From: Candidatus Aenigmatarchaeota archaeon
GTDB lineage: Archaea; Aenigmatarchaeota; Aenigmatarchaeia; Aenigmatarchaeales; JACQIB01
Direction of reading: 5' to 3'
DNA length: 64,000 nt
NCBI GenBank assembly: GCA_016198755.1
Contig: JACQIB010000001.1
Location: 96,001-160,000, forward strand
Of the stretch, positions 47,695 to 58,021 are shown in pieces (position 1 is the stretch's first letter; each line of letters begins with the position of its first letter). The position numbers and the translations under genes are program-made. Under the pieces are notes generated by a model that made no database searches, was not told where the DNA came from, and worked only from the letters and a program-made list of their open reading frames with translations.

Positions 47695-49920
47695 TCACAC
47701 TTTCATTTTGGACAATCTAAGAGAATTTGTGACAACAGAAACAGAGCTCAAAGCCATTGCAGCGCTTGCAACTATAGGATTCAAAAGCATGTATTTTCCA
47801 AGTACAGGCTCAAGGAAACCAAGGGAAACAGCTCCGCTAAGGAAGTATAAAGCTCCTGCAGCAATAGGAATTCCCAGAACATTGTAAATAAAGGCCCAGA
47901 ACAGATTCTGGCGTATAATTCCCATTGTTTTCCTGCTCAGGTTAAGTGCAGTATATACTCCGTTCAGATCCCCCGAAACAAGTGTTATATCAGAAGATTC
48001 TATTGCAACATCTGTCCCAGTCCCAATTGCAATACCCAGATCTGCAGCAGCCAAAGCAGGCGCATCATTTATTCCGTCCCCAACCATTGCAACCTTCTTT
48101 CCCTCCTTCTGTAACCCCCTTACTCTCTTTTCCTTATCCTGCGGCAGAACCCTTGAAAAAACCCTTTCAATACCAACTTTCTTTGCTATAGCAGCAGCTG
48201 TTTCAGGCGCATCCCCAGTAACCATTATAACCTCCTTTCCCAGTTCCCTTAATTTCTTTATTGCTTCCACTGAACTATCTTTTATTGTATCAGCAAACCC
48301 TATTATCCCAACAACTTTCCCATCAACTGAAACAAGGGAAACGCTCTTCCCTTCTTTCTGCAGTACACCAGCTTCTTTAGGTATTTTCCTGAAGTAGAGT
48401 TCACTTCCCACAACAACTTTCCTTCCTTTTACAGTTCCAATAACAGCCTTCCCAGGAACAGCTTTGAACCCTGAGACAGCCAAAGACTTTGCTTTCATTT
48501 CTTTCGCTTTTTTAACAACAGCCTTTGCCAGCGGATGTTCGCTTTCACTCTCCAGTGCAGCAGCATAAGCTATTATTTCCTTTTCTTCCATTCCAACTGA
48601 TATAATATCTGTAACAGCAGGCTCGCCCTTTGTTATTGTTCCAGTCTTATCCAGCAGCACAACATTTATTTTTCCTGCAGTTTCCAAAACTTCAGCACTT
48701 TTTATTAAAATCCCCTTCTCAGCCCCTCTTCCAGTTCCTGTAATTATAGCTGTTGGAGTTGCCAGTCCCATTGCACATGGACATGCAATTATTAGCACAG
48801 CAATCATTGCTGTTAGGGCTACAGTAAAGTTTCCAACAAAAACCATCCATGCCCCAAAGGAAACTATAGCAATCAAAATAACTATAGGCACAAATACAGC
48901 AGCTACCCTGTCCACAAGGTTCTGTATAGGCGCTTTAGAGCTCTGCGCCTCTTCCACTAATTTTATTATCTGTGCTAATGCAGTTTCAGCTCCTATTTTT
49001 TCAGCCTCTATTTTCAAGCTCCCTGATTTATTTATTGTCCCTCCTATAACCTTTCCATTTTTCTCTTTATCCACAGGCAGACTTTCACCTGTTATCATGC
49101 TCTCATCCACAGCTGAAAACCCGCTCAGAACAATACCATCAGTTGGTATTTTCTCCCCAGGCTTTACCAAAACTATATCCCCCTTCTTCACATCCTCTAT
49201 CCTGACCTCAACAATTTTGTTTCCCTTAACCAAGTGGGCTGTTTTTGCCTGCAGTCCAATAAGTTTCTGCAAAGCTTCCGATGTCCTGCCTTTTGCCCTT
49301 GCTTCCAAGAATCTTCCAACCAAAATCAGTGTTATTATGGCAGCTGAAGTATCAAAATAAGTTCCTGTTCCCAATCCGGAGCTTTTAAAAAATTCAGGCA
49401 AAAAAGTTACAGCTAGGCTGTAAAAATAGGCAGCACTTGTTCCCACAGCTATCAGTGTGTTCATATCAGCTGTCCTGTGCTGAAGAGAAAGTAAAAAACC
49501 TTTATAGAACCTTAAACCAGACCAGAACTGCACAGGAGTAGCCAAAGCAAGAAGTATATAGTTTAAAATCCCTTCAGGCAATATCATAAAAACAGAAAAT
49601 AAAACAATCGGTAGTGTTAGAGCAGATGAAACAATAACAAGTTTCTTTGTTTCTTCAATTGCTGCTTTCCTTCTCTCCTTTTCCTCATTCAGGCTTATTT
49701 CTTCCTTGATAACATCATACCCTATATCCTCTATAGCTTCTGCGATTTTGCCCAGAGAAGTCTTCCCGCTCTCATATTCTATGGCAGCTTTTTCAGTAGC
49801 CAAATTAACAGAAACAGAACTTACCCCATTTACCCCCTTAACAGCCTTCTCAACCTTTGCAATACAGGAGGCACATTCTAGCCCTTTCACTGTTATTATA
49901 GCCTTTTCTTTTCCCAACAA
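47695..49920 (-). CDS. copA: Copper-translocating P1B ATPase
   Basis: CASC HMA, CPC, DKTGT, SEHP, GDGINDAP, YN..P. Confidence 0.96.
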   Translation of the reverse strand: MLGKEKAIITVKGLECASCIAKVEKAVKGVNGVSSVSVNLATEKAAIEYESGKTSLGKIAEAIEDIGYDVIKEEISLNEEKERRKAAIEETKKLVIVSSALTLPIVLFSVFMILPEGILNYILLALATPVQFWSGLRFYKGFLLSLQHRTADMNTLIAVGTSAAYFYSLAVTFLPEFFKSSGLGTGTYFDTSAAIITLILVGRFLEARAKGRTSEALQKLIGLQAKTAHLVKGNKIVEVRIEDVKKGDIVLVKPGEKIPTDGIVLSGFSAVDESMITGESLPVDKEKNGKVIGGTINKSGSLKIEAEKIGAETALAQIIKLVEEAQSSKAPIQNLVDRVAAVFVPIVILIAIVSFGAWMVFVGNFTVALTAMIAVLIIACPCAMGLATPTAIITGTGRGAEKGILIKSAEVLETAGKINVVLLDKTGTITKGEPAVTDIISVGMEEKEIIAYAAALESESEHPLAKAVVKKAKEMKAKSLAVSGFKAVPGKAVIGTVKGRKVVVGSELYFRKIPKEAGVLQKEGKSVSLVSVDGKVVGIIGFADTIKDSSVEAIKKLRELGKEVIMVTGDAPETAAAIAKKVGIERVFSRVLPQDKEKRVRGLQKEGKKVAMVGDGINDAPALAAADLGIAIGTGTDVAIESSDITLVSGDLNGVYTALNLSRKTMGIIRQNLFWAFIYNVLGIPIAAGALYFLSGAVSLGFLEPVLGKYMLLNPIVASAAMALSSVSVVTNSLRLSKMKV

Positions 49921-49926
49921 AACCCC

Positions 49927-50127
49927 CTACAAAACCTTGTATCCGCTTTTTTCTATCGTTTTCCTTGCATTTTCATCTGTTCCTTCAACTTCAAGTTTGG
50001 CTTTCCCGCCCTTAAAACTGACCTCAGCAGATTTTATTCCCGTAGTCCTTAAAAGGGCTTTAGTAAGGGTTTTTGCGCATCCCTCGCAGTGCATACCTCC
50101 TATCTTCAGCTCTATTTTGTTTGACAT
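49927..50127 (-). CDS. copZ: HMA copper chaperone
   Basis: GMHCEGC motif; upstream of copA. Confidence 0.9.
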   Translation of the reverse strand: MSNKIELKIGGMHCEGCAKTLTKALLRTTGIKSAEVSFKGGKAKLEVEGTDENARKTIEKSGYKVL

Positions 50128-50182
50128 GTCTAAATTTAGATATATCTAACTATTTAAATATATCCTATAATGAATATATTGA

Positions 50183-50569
50183 ATGAAACTTGTAAGTATA
50201 CTCAAGCTACAGCTGCTTTTACAGTTAAGAGAGGGTAAAAAATACGGCTATGAGTTAATGAAGGGAAGCGAGGTTTTGCTCGGGAAAAAAATAAGCCCAA
50301 GCCAAATATATCCGTTTCTTGCAGAACTGCAAAAATCCAGACTGATTAAAATAGTAAAAAGGAGCGCACGCGATAAAAAACTCTATTCTTTAACAGAAAA
50401 AGGAAAAATATTCTCAGAAAATACTCTCCAACGATTGGACAGCATGTTTGCCCTTGCCAACAGGGACAGGATTAAAAAATGCGCACACTGCGGGTGTTTT
50501 GTTTATGGAAAATCATTTACAAAATCCGGAAAGCACTTTTGCTGCGGTTCCTGCGCCAATAATTTTTAG
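50183..50569 (+). CDS. PadR regulator with C-terminal TRASH-like Cys domain
   Basis: YGYELM..SQIYPFL..YSLTEKG; CAHCGC...FCCGSC. Confidence 0.85.
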   Translation: MKLVSILKLQLLLQLREGKKYGYELMKGSEVLLGKKISPSQIYPFLAELQKSRLIKIVKRSARDKKLYSLTEKGKIFSENTLQRLDSMFALANRDRIKKCAHCGCFVYGKSFTKSGKHFCCGSCANNF

Positions 50570-51753
50570 TGTATTTCTCCCCAGCCAATTAATTTCCAGC
50601 CCTCTCCCGTAAATCTTGAGAAAACAGCCCTGCTACCCGCAGAACAGACTGGCAGCTTGAGTTCAAATTCTATATTACCCTTTTTAATAGTTTTCACAAC
50701 ACCAACAGTTCTGGCAGCCCCAATGCTTATCATAACCTGCTCCCCCAACTTAATAGGTTCTATCTTCCCTATTGGTGAGAACTTTATAGTTAGTTTTTCT
50801 ATAACAGCTGGCATTTTTCCGGAAATCCCAGCCACAGAACCTGCAAGGCTGTCAGCTTTTGTAAGCGAAGGATCCAGTTCTGTTAACACTCCCAAAAGCC
50901 CCCCAGGCCCAGCTTCCTCTATATCTTTCCCAGCCTTCTGCAGCCCAACAATCTTGCTTACAATCGGAACATACTGCCCTTTTATTTTTATTCCAGGCCT
51001 TATCTCAATCTTTTCTCCAACCTTCAAAAATCCCTGTAACAATGCACCGCCAACAACACCACCTTTCAGGTCTTTTATTTTTGATCCTGGTTTGTTAACA
51101 TCAAAAGACCTTACAACAAGCATCTGTGTATCAAGTTTATTGTTCCTGTCAGGAGTTGGTATAATTTCCTCAATAGCTTCTATCAATTCCGGTATACCAA
51201 CCTTCATCTGTGCACTCACTGGTATTATGGGAGCATTCTCAGCCACAGAACCTTTCAAAAACTCCTTTATTTCCTTATAGCTTTGAATTGCTCTCTCTTC
51301 TGAAACCAAATCTACTTTGCTCTGTACAACAACAATTTTTTTCTGTCCAATTAAATTCAAAACATTCAAATGTTCAGCAGTCTGAGGTTGCGGGCATTTC
51401 TCGTTTGCAGCAATTAAAAACAAGACCCCGTCCATTAGCGAAGCAGCTGAAAGAACAGTAGCCATTAAAGTTTCATGCCCAGGTGCATCCACGAAAGAAA
51501 TAGTCCTCTCCGGTTCACACTCTTTCCCATGCTGCAAACATTTAGCATGTGTTGTAAAATGCCCATCACACTTGTAAATTGTAGCATCCGCATACCCCAA
51601 CTTTATAGTAATCCCTCTTTTCAATTCCTCCGAGTGCTGTGCAGGCCATTTTCCTGTTAAAGCTTCCACAAGAGTAGATTTTCCATGGTCCACATGCCCC
51701 AGCGTTCCTATATTTACCTCAGGTATAAGCCTTTTATCCACTTCCTTTCCCAT
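50566..51753 (-). CDS. eif2g: Translation initiation factor aIF2 gamma
   Basis: GHVDHGKS, RGITIKLGYA, DAPGHE, PQPQTAEH. Confidence 0.97.
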   Translation of the reverse strand: MGKEVDKRLIPEVNIGTLGHVDHGKSTLVEALTGKWPAQHSEELKRGITIKLGYADATIYKCDGHFTTHAKCLQHGKECEPERTISFVDAPGHETLMATVLSAASLMDGVLFLIAANEKCPQPQTAEHLNVLNLIGQKKIVVVQSKVDLVSEERAIQSYKEIKEFLKGSVAENAPIIPVSAQMKVGIPELIEAIEEIIPTPDRNNKLDTQMLVVRSFDVNKPGSKIKDLKGGVVGGALLQGFLKVGEKIEIRPGIKIKGQYVPIVSKIVGLQKAGKDIEEAGPGGLLGVLTELDPSLTKADSLAGSVAGISGKMPAVIEKLTIKFSPIGKIEPIKLGEQVMISIGAARTVGVVKTIKKGNIEFELKLPVCSAGSRAVFSRFTGEGWKLIGWGEIH

Positions 51754-51842
51754 GCGCACCAATAGGGGGGAGAGGCTTAAAAACCTTTTCCGCACGCACA
51801 TCTTTCATAAGGTATTTATCCTTTCCTTCCTAGAGATTTTAC

Positions 51843-53183
51843 ATGGTTAATACATTGATTGTTGGAGCCCAGTGGGGAGATGAGGGAAAGGGAAAGTTTG
51901 TAGATGCACTCGCAGATGGACATAGAGTTGTTGCAAGGTATAACGGAGGTGATAATGCTGGTCACACTGTTGTTTATGGAGGAAAAAGATACGCTGTGCA
52001 TGCAATCCCCTCAGGAATTTTCCATAAAGATATAATGAATGTTATGGGAAGGGGAATGGTTGTAAGCCCGCGCAGGTTGGTTGCAGAAATGAAGCAGCTA
52101 CAGCAGGCAGGGATAGAAGTAAGCAAAGACAATTTAATGATAGACTATGGAATACACTTGATACTTCCATATCATGTTGCGCTGGATAGCGCGGGAAGCG
52201 GGAATATAGGAACAACTGGAAAGGGTATTGGGCCAGCTTATGCTGACAAGGCAAACAGGATTGGTGTAAGGCTGGCAGACCTGAAAAAACCCAGAGAACT
52301 AAAGGAAAGGGTAGAAAGGAATGTTAAGCTTCATAATAACACAATTGATTCCAACACACCTGTATTCGATGAAGACCGGCACGTTGATTCTCATGATATA
52401 CTGAAAGAGCTGGAGGAAGAGGGTGCTGCTCTGCTAGAATATGCTGGTGATGTTGGAGAATTCCTAGATGGGAAGGATAGTATACTTGTTGAAGGTGCAC
52501 AGGGAGTGCTTTTGGATATAGATAACGGAACCTATCCTTTTGTTACAAGTTCCAGTATTGTAGGAGTTGATGGTGGTTTAGGCTGTCATATTCCAATAGA
52601 GCGCAGGATAGGGGTTGTAAAATTAACCCAGAGCAGGGTTGGGAATGGCCCTTTCCCAACAGAGTTGGGAACACAGGATGATTTGAAACCTGAGAGAAAG
52701 GTTGATGGAAAAGAGAGGGAAGAGCTTTTGAGAGCGCTCAGGGAAGGAATAAACGATGGCACAGCAACTCCCTATGAAACAGGAAGGTACCTGAGAGTTA
52801 AAGGCGGGGAATATGGAACAACCACTGGCAGGCCAAGGAGGATGGGCTGGCCAGATATACCTCTAATTAGGTATGCAAGGAGAGTAGCAGGCTTAACAGA
52901 GCTGGCTGTTACAAAGCTGGATATATTAACGGGATTAAAAACTGTTGAGCTATGTACTGATTATAAAAAACCAGTGTTTGTTCCAACAGATCTTGGGAAC
53001 GCAGAACCTGAATATGCAAGCCGCCCAGGTTGGGAAGGGGGTATAACAGAAGCAGTTGACTGGGAAGATTTGCCTGAAACAGCCTGCAACTTCTTAAGAA
53101 CTATAGAATATTTAGCTGGTCTTGAAATCGGATTGCTTTCCACAGGTCCTGACAGAAACCAATTGATAGATACAGAAGCATAG
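51843..53183 (+). CDS. purA: Adenylosuccinate synthetase
   Basis: GAQWGDEGKGK, NAGHT, GIGPAY.DK, GTTTGRPRR. Confidence 0.96.
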   Translation: MVNTLIVGAQWGDEGKGKFVDALADGHRVVARYNGGDNAGHTVVYGGKRYAVHAIPSGIFHKDIMNVMGRGMVVSPRRLVAEMKQLQQAGIEVSKDNLMIDYGIHLILPYHVALDSAGSGNIGTTGKGIGPAYADKANRIGVRLADLKKPRELKERVERNVKLHNNTIDSNTPVFDEDRHVDSHDILKELEEEGAALLEYAGDVGEFLDGKDSILVEGAQGVLLDIDNGTYPFVTSSSIVGVDGGLGCHIPIERRIGVVKLTQSRVGNGPFPTELGTQDDLKPERKVDGKEREELLRALREGINDGTATPYETGRYLRVKGGEYGTTTGRPRRMGWPDIPLIRYARRVAGLTELAVTKLDILTGLKTVELCTDYKKPVFVPTDLGNAEPEYASRPGWEGGITEAVDWEDLPETACNFLRTIEYLAGLEIGLLSTGPDRNQLIDTEA

Positions 53184-53184
53184 C

Positions 53185-53964
53185 TCACTCATACTTCTGG
53201 AAAAATCCAGTTCTTAGAGAATGTCTCATTTGTGCCTTAAGTACAATCCAGAAAATTCCAATGTAAATTAAATCTGCAATGTAGAATTTTGCAATCATTA
53301 CCCAGTCATAAGCTCCATGTATGAAAGCTCCTCTCAATCCTTCCAGACCATAAGTTGGCGGCAGCCCATAGGAAACAAACTGCAAAACAGGTGGCAGGAC
53401 AGAAACAGGGAAAAACACCCCCGACAATAAAATTAATGCATCAGCCACAGACCAGATTAAAACCTCAGCGTTTACTCCGTATCTCAAAATTGCAGATGAA
53501 ATTATTATGCCTATGCCCATACCAAACAGGCTCAAGCCAAAGAAAACAGCAAAAAGATAGAGCAGGTTTATTGAAAAGAGATTAAACCCAAAAACAAAAA
53601 AGGCTATTGTAGATGTAATTGCAATCATTGCAGCAGATCTGAATAATCCAAACAGCCAGTTTCCTATAATAAGCTGCCACTCAGGAATCGGAAGCATTCT
53701 GAGTTTTTTCAGGCTCCTGTGCCATATATCCCTCACAAATGTATAGGAGGTATCCACATGGGAAGTAAACATATAGCTCCAGGCAATGCTGCCTGTTACA
53801 AGTATAACAAGCCCTTCTTTGCTCTGGATAAAAGTTGCAAAGAAAGCCAGAGAAGACATTATAATAACAGGCCAGAAAATAATGGAAAAAACCTCTACAC
53901 CAGTCCTTTTAAGGTAAACAAAATTCCTTAACATTAAGGCCTTAAAAACAGTTAATGCGCTCAT
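53185..53964 (-). CDS. ABC-2 type permease
   Basis: Six TMs; SGVFFPVSVLP..P.TY..EGLR. Confidence 0.88.
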   Translation of the reverse strand: MSALTVFKALMLRNFVYLKRTGVEVFSIIFWPVIIMSSLAFFATFIQSKEGLVILVTGSIAWSYMFTSHVDTSYTFVRDIWHRSLKKLRMLPIPEWQLIIGNWLFGLFRSAAMIAITSTIAFFVFGFNLFSINLLYLFAVFFGLSLFGMGIGIIISSAILRYGVNAEVLIWSVADALILLSGVFFPVSVLPPVLQFVSYGLPPTYGLEGLRGAFIHGAYDWVMIAKFYIADLIYIGIFWIVLKAQMRHSLRTGFFQKYE

Positions 53965-54677
53965 TCCAGCCCCTCCCTTGCCAGTTTTATGAAAGCCTTT
54001 TCAAGTGTTTTGCTTTTTGTCTTTCTCAAAAGTTTTTTAGGTGTGTCTATTGCAATAATCCTCCCTTTGTCTATGAACGCAACCCTGTCACAAATCTCCT
54101 CTGCCTCATACATGTTATGTGTAGTGATTAAAACAGCAGAGCATTTGCTTTTTAGCTTTTTGATGTATTTTCTGACAACAACTGCAATTTGCGGATCCAG
54201 CCCAATTGTTGGCTCGTCCAGCAAAACAACTTCCGGCCTGTGCTGTAAGGCTATAATCAATCCTAATCTCTGCAGCATTCCACTCGAGTAATCCTCAATA
54301 AGCGTGTCCAGCTTATTTTCCATCTGGAACTCTTTCGCAAGCTTAAAATCAGGTTTTACACCATAACAGTCTGCATAAAATTTCATATGTTCCCTTCCTG
54401 TTAGCTTTGGCAGGAATCTTGCATACCCACCGCTCAGTCCAATAATTTTTCTCAGCTCCAGAGAGTCTTTTGCAGGATCCAATCCCATAACCCTTGCTTC
54501 CCCCTTTTCAGGCAGCAAAAGTGTAGAAAGAATATTTACAAGTGTTGTTTTCCCAGCCCCATTAGGTCCAAGCAAACCAAAAATCTCCCCCTTTCCAACT
54601 GTAAAAGAAACATTAGATAGTGCTCTAACTCCCCCAGCAAATACTTTCTCAAGTCCATTCACAACTATAGGTTCCAT
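53961..54677 (-). CDS. ABC transporter ATP-binding protein
   Basis: GPNGAGKTT, YSSGM, LLDEPT. Confidence 0.94.
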   Translation of the reverse strand: MEPIVVNGLEKVFAGGVRALSNVSFTVGKGEIFGLLGPNGAGKTTLVNILSTLLLPEKGEARVMGLDPAKDSLELRKIIGLSGGYARFLPKLTGREHMKFYADCYGVKPDFKLAKEFQMENKLDTLIEDYSSGMLQRLGLIIALQHRPEVVLLDEPTIGLDPQIAVVVRKYIKKLKSKCSAVLITTHNMYEAEEICDRVAFIDKGRIIAIDTPKKLLRKTKSKTLEKAFIKLAREGLE

Positions 54678-54714
54678 ATCGCACTTTATCTATTGCGCAG
54701 AACTTAAACCTTTC

Positions 54715-55122
54715 TCAGGCCTTCTTCTCTTCTGTTCCCTCAGCCTTTTGCTTTGGTGGGATACCCAGAATAGTTGGAATATCCCCATCCCCCTCAACAA
54801 CTTTACAATTAACTTGTCCTGTGCGGTCAGAAATAGTATTCCCAACAATATTTTTCCTTTTCCTCTGCCCCTCTTTCTTTGGAATAAACCCTGGTGGTCC
54901 AGATAGCAAAATTCTTTTCCTCCCAGGCCCATCCACCTCAGCTCTCATAGGAAACCCTTCCTTATCGCTCCCTCCAGTTATCTGTAGAACAAATCCCCCT
55001 AATCCAATCAAAGAACCCTCAATTTTCTCCCCAATCTTTCTTCCAATAAGTGTCGGCACATCCTTTTCTATCTGCCAGCTCTTCTTTGTTTTTGGTTCGT
55101 TTATTACAATTCTCAATGCCAT
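54715..55122 (-). CDS. rps6e: 30S ribosomal protein S6e
   Basis: ITGGSDKEGFPMR, GQRKRK; GAGGTG RBS. Confidence 0.95.
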   Translation of the reverse strand: MALRIVINEPKTKKSWQIEKDVPTLIGRKIGEKIEGSLIGLGGFVLQITGGSDKEGFPMRAEVDGPGRKRILLSGPPGFIPKKEGQRKRKNIVGNTISDRTGQVNCKVVEGDGDIPTILGIPPKQKAEGTEEKKA

Positions 55123-55230
55123 TATTTCCACCTCAGTTCTGCTGGAAAACCAGCTCACTACCGAGTGCTTACTCTATTGCTCAGAGCCTATTTAAGTCTT
55201 TCCTACACACGTTTGGTAACTGGTTATTTG

Positions 55231-55635
55231 TCATAAGTTTTTATTTAATAGTGTCCTTAGTTTTTCAATAATATCCTTAATATCTTTCTCTCTTCTGATT
55301 AAAAAATGTTCTTCTGCAAAAAACCCCTCGTAAGTAATCCTATTTCTAATAACACGAAGCATATCTATCAAATCGAGCTCGCTCCTTTTGAAATGGGTTT
55401 TATAGTTATTGCCCAAATATTCGACTAGCTTTTTGTGGCTCAGTGTTTTGAAGCCATCTATAAGCAATAGAGCTGTAATAAGCTCTTTAATAATTTCATA
55501 ATATCCCTCCAGAACTAAAGATGTGAACCGTTTCCTATCAATAGTTTTCAAATTCTCTTCGCGTGCTGCAGCCATTGCTATTATGCTTTTAGCTCGTTCT
55601 ATGTCTGGAGAAACCTTAACAATATCATTTTCCAT
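55231..55635 (-). CDS. HEPN-like protein (putative toxin)
   Basis: YYEIIKELITALL..GFK..SH, RNRITY; coupled to MNT. Confidence 0.78.
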   Translation of the reverse strand: MENDIVKVSPDIERAKSIIAMAAAREENLKTIDRKRFTSLVLEGYYEIIKELITALLLIDGFKTLSHKKLVEYLGNNYKTHFKRSELDLIDMLRVIRNRITYEGFFAEEHFLIRREKDIKDIIEKLRTLLNKNL

Positions 55636-56174
55636 TAAAACACCTTAAGATAACCGTGTAATACAATGCCATTTATAATGTTATTCCTGAGTTCTTTACT
55701 GAGCCTATTAAAGTTTTCTTCCCATATGATATTTATCTGCTTGTCAAGGTATTTTTCAAACTTTGCTATATCTAGCTGTTTTTCCTTTGCAACCATAAAT
55801 AAATCTATATCACTTTCCTTCACGTCTTCCCCCCTAGAAAATGAACCGAAAAGAACGATGGCATCTGGCATGCAGTTTCTATCCAAAAAATCTATAAGAC
55901 CAGATTCCTTTATGCTAAGTATGTTGTCCATCTTTTTAAGAAATAAAAAGTCTGTACTGGAGCGATTAGGCCAATATACAGGGTACTTGTATATACTGTG
56001 CTCGGATTTTATTATAAGACCTTCATTTGCCAGTTCATTCAAATACTTTGCAACAGATTTTGGAGTTATTTTTACAATCCTGCCTATTTGCCTGAGCTGA
56101 AACCCAGTCCCTGCAGGGTTAGGGTCGTTAAAAAACACACGCAATATTTTATATCTGTTGTCTTTATACAACAT
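55635..56174 (-). CDS. HTH-MNT nucleotidyltransferase (putative antitoxin)
   Basis: N-terminal HTH; LFGSFSRGED..SDIDL. Confidence 0.9.
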   Translation of the reverse strand: MLYKDNRYKILRVFFNDPNPAGTGFQLRQIGRIVKITPKSVAKYLNELANEGLIIKSEHSIYKYPVYWPNRSSTDFLFLKKMDNILSIKESGLIDFLDRNCMPDAIVLFGSFSRGEDVKESDIDLFMVAKEKQLDIAKFEKYLDKQINIIWEENFNRLSKELRNNIINGIVLHGYLKVF

Positions 56175-56257
56175 ATGTTGTAATATTACAACTACTGTAT
56201 ATAAATTACTACTATTCTATAAAACATATATTACACTATATAAGTATGATGAGGATT

Positions 56258-57973
56258 TTAGTGACTGAGTATTCTCCTTGCCAGCTCAGCTTCCGGTCTC
56301 TCAAGTTCTTCCAGAATATTCAAATCCTGCACAGAAACTTTAGTAGCCAGTTCATCCCCCTCTCTAATGTTTCTTCCAACAACTCCCCCTTCAATAGAAA
56401 CAGCAACTCTCTTCCCTTTCTCAGCGGAATCCAAATGTTTTCCTTCATCCTGCAAATCCTTCACACTTCCTATCTCCTTATCCCCCTTTATCAGCCCTGC
56501 TCCTGATCTCAGCTCCCCCTCCAAAACTTCTACTCCAACAACAGCAGGATCACTCTGCCTGAAAACAAATCCTGGCAGAATTTTTATTAACGCAGGCAAT
56601 GTTATATTGGAAAGCTTCTCTTCCATCTCTTTCTTTTTCTCTTCCCCTTTCCACAAATCATACTGCTCAAACAGCCTGTAAATAATATCACTGTTTATTA
56701 TTTTCACTCCAGTTCTCTCAGCTTCAGCAGCAATATCCTTTGAAACAGGTACATTAAAGCAGAACACAACTCTTTTGTACCTATCCTGTACACTCTGCAA
56801 AGCAATCAAATCCTTTTTAGCTGGCCCGCCAACCTCAGCTTTCTGCATATCAATTCCCCTCTCCTGTAAAAGCTTTACAAGTGCTTCTATTCCCCCGAGA
56901 GTATCAGCCCTTACTATAATTCCTTCCCTAGAAGTCTCAAACTCTATTTCCTGTACTTCAGCTTCCAGCTCCCGCTTAACTTCCTCAATTCCCTTTTCCT
57001 CCCTTACAGCCCTCAAAGAGCTCCCAGCAATAACATTCTCAAGCCCAGGAGCAGCAATTTTAACTGCAACAGCAGCAGAAACCTCCTCTAAATTTTCAAA
57101 TTCCTTCTCAGTTCTTATCTCTTTTAATGGCTTTGGCTTTAGCAAAGCTCTGACTTTTGCCACAGTAATTTCTTTTCCCCCAACCACAATCCAGTCCCCC
57201 TTTCTCAAAATTCCATCATACAAAACCACATCTATTGTTGTCCCCAACCCTGGATAGTCCCTAACTTCCAAAACAGAACCCTTCCCAACTTCCCCCGCAA
57301 CCTCGAGATTTTGTTTCAAAAACTGCTGTGTAATCCCAACAAGCGCAGCTAACAATTCAGGTATTCCCTCTCCCGTTATTCCAGAGCATGGAACAATAGC
57401 AACCTGCTTTTTAAAATCAGTAATTCTGTCTATCCTTTCAGAATCAAATCCTTTCTCAGAGAGCTGCCCAACAAGCTTGTAAACATTCCTGTCCAGCTCT
57501 TCCTTAACAAATTCAGGCTGTTTTTTCAGACTTTCAGTAAAAAAGTTTCCTTCATTCTGAATCCAGCCGTTTATTTTATCCAGCTTTGTTGCAGCAACAA
57601 TAAAGGGAGTTTTAAACTGTTTCAAAATTTCTATACTTTCTTTCGTTTGTTCCTGCACCCCTTGCAAAAGATCTATAACAAGTATAGCCAAATCAGCAAT
57701 AGCTCCCCCCCTCTTTCTCATCCCAATAAAAGCAGCATGTCCAGGAGTGTCTAACAGCAAAAGCCCTGGTATTTCAACTTCTGTTTTTCCAAGCAAAGGT
57801 CCTGTAATCCTTTTTATTGTTTCCAGCGGTAGTTCAGAAGCACCTGCAGCCTGCGTTATTGCTCCAGCTTCTTTGGCTGCTATAGCAGTTCCCCTAAGCT
57901 TATCTGCTAAAGTGGTTTTCCCATGGTCCACATGCCCTACTATTACAACTATAGGTTGCCTTATCCTTGGCAT
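56258..57973 (-). CDS. infB: Translation initiation factor aIF5B (IF2)
   Basis: IRQPIV..GHVDHGKT, DTPGH, FRQSDPA. Confidence 0.97.
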   Translation of the reverse strand: MPRIRQPIVVIVGHVDHGKTTLADKLRGTAIAAKEAGAITQAAGASELPLETIKRITGPLLGKTEVEIPGLLLLDTPGHAAFIGMRKRGGAIADLAILVIDLLQGVQEQTKESIEILKQFKTPFIVAATKLDKINGWIQNEGNFFTESLKKQPEFVKEELDRNVYKLVGQLSEKGFDSERIDRITDFKKQVAIVPCSGITGEGIPELLAALVGITQQFLKQNLEVAGEVGKGSVLEVRDYPGLGTTIDVVLYDGILRKGDWIVVGGKEITVAKVRALLKPKPLKEIRTEKEFENLEEVSAAVAVKIAAPGLENVIAGSSLRAVREEKGIEEVKRELEAEVQEIEFETSREGIIVRADTLGGIEALVKLLQERGIDMQKAEVGGPAKKDLIALQSVQDRYKRVVFCFNVPVSKDIAAEAERTGVKIINSDIIYRLFEQYDLWKGEEKKKEMEEKLSNITLPALIKILPGFVFRQSDPAVVGVEVLEGELRSGAGLIKGDKEIGSVKDLQDEGKHLDSAEKGKRVAVSIEGGVVGRNIREGDELATKVSVQDLNILEELERPEAELARRILSH

Positions 57974-58021
57974 TTTTCTCACGCACAGAAAGGCTTTGGG
58001 TTTACTGTTTATAAACAAGCA

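Noticed and set aside
56246-56268. ATGATGA...CTGA resembling a box C/D sRNA
   Set aside because: No convincing C'/D pair follows, and the CTGA lies in the antisense of the last infB codons.
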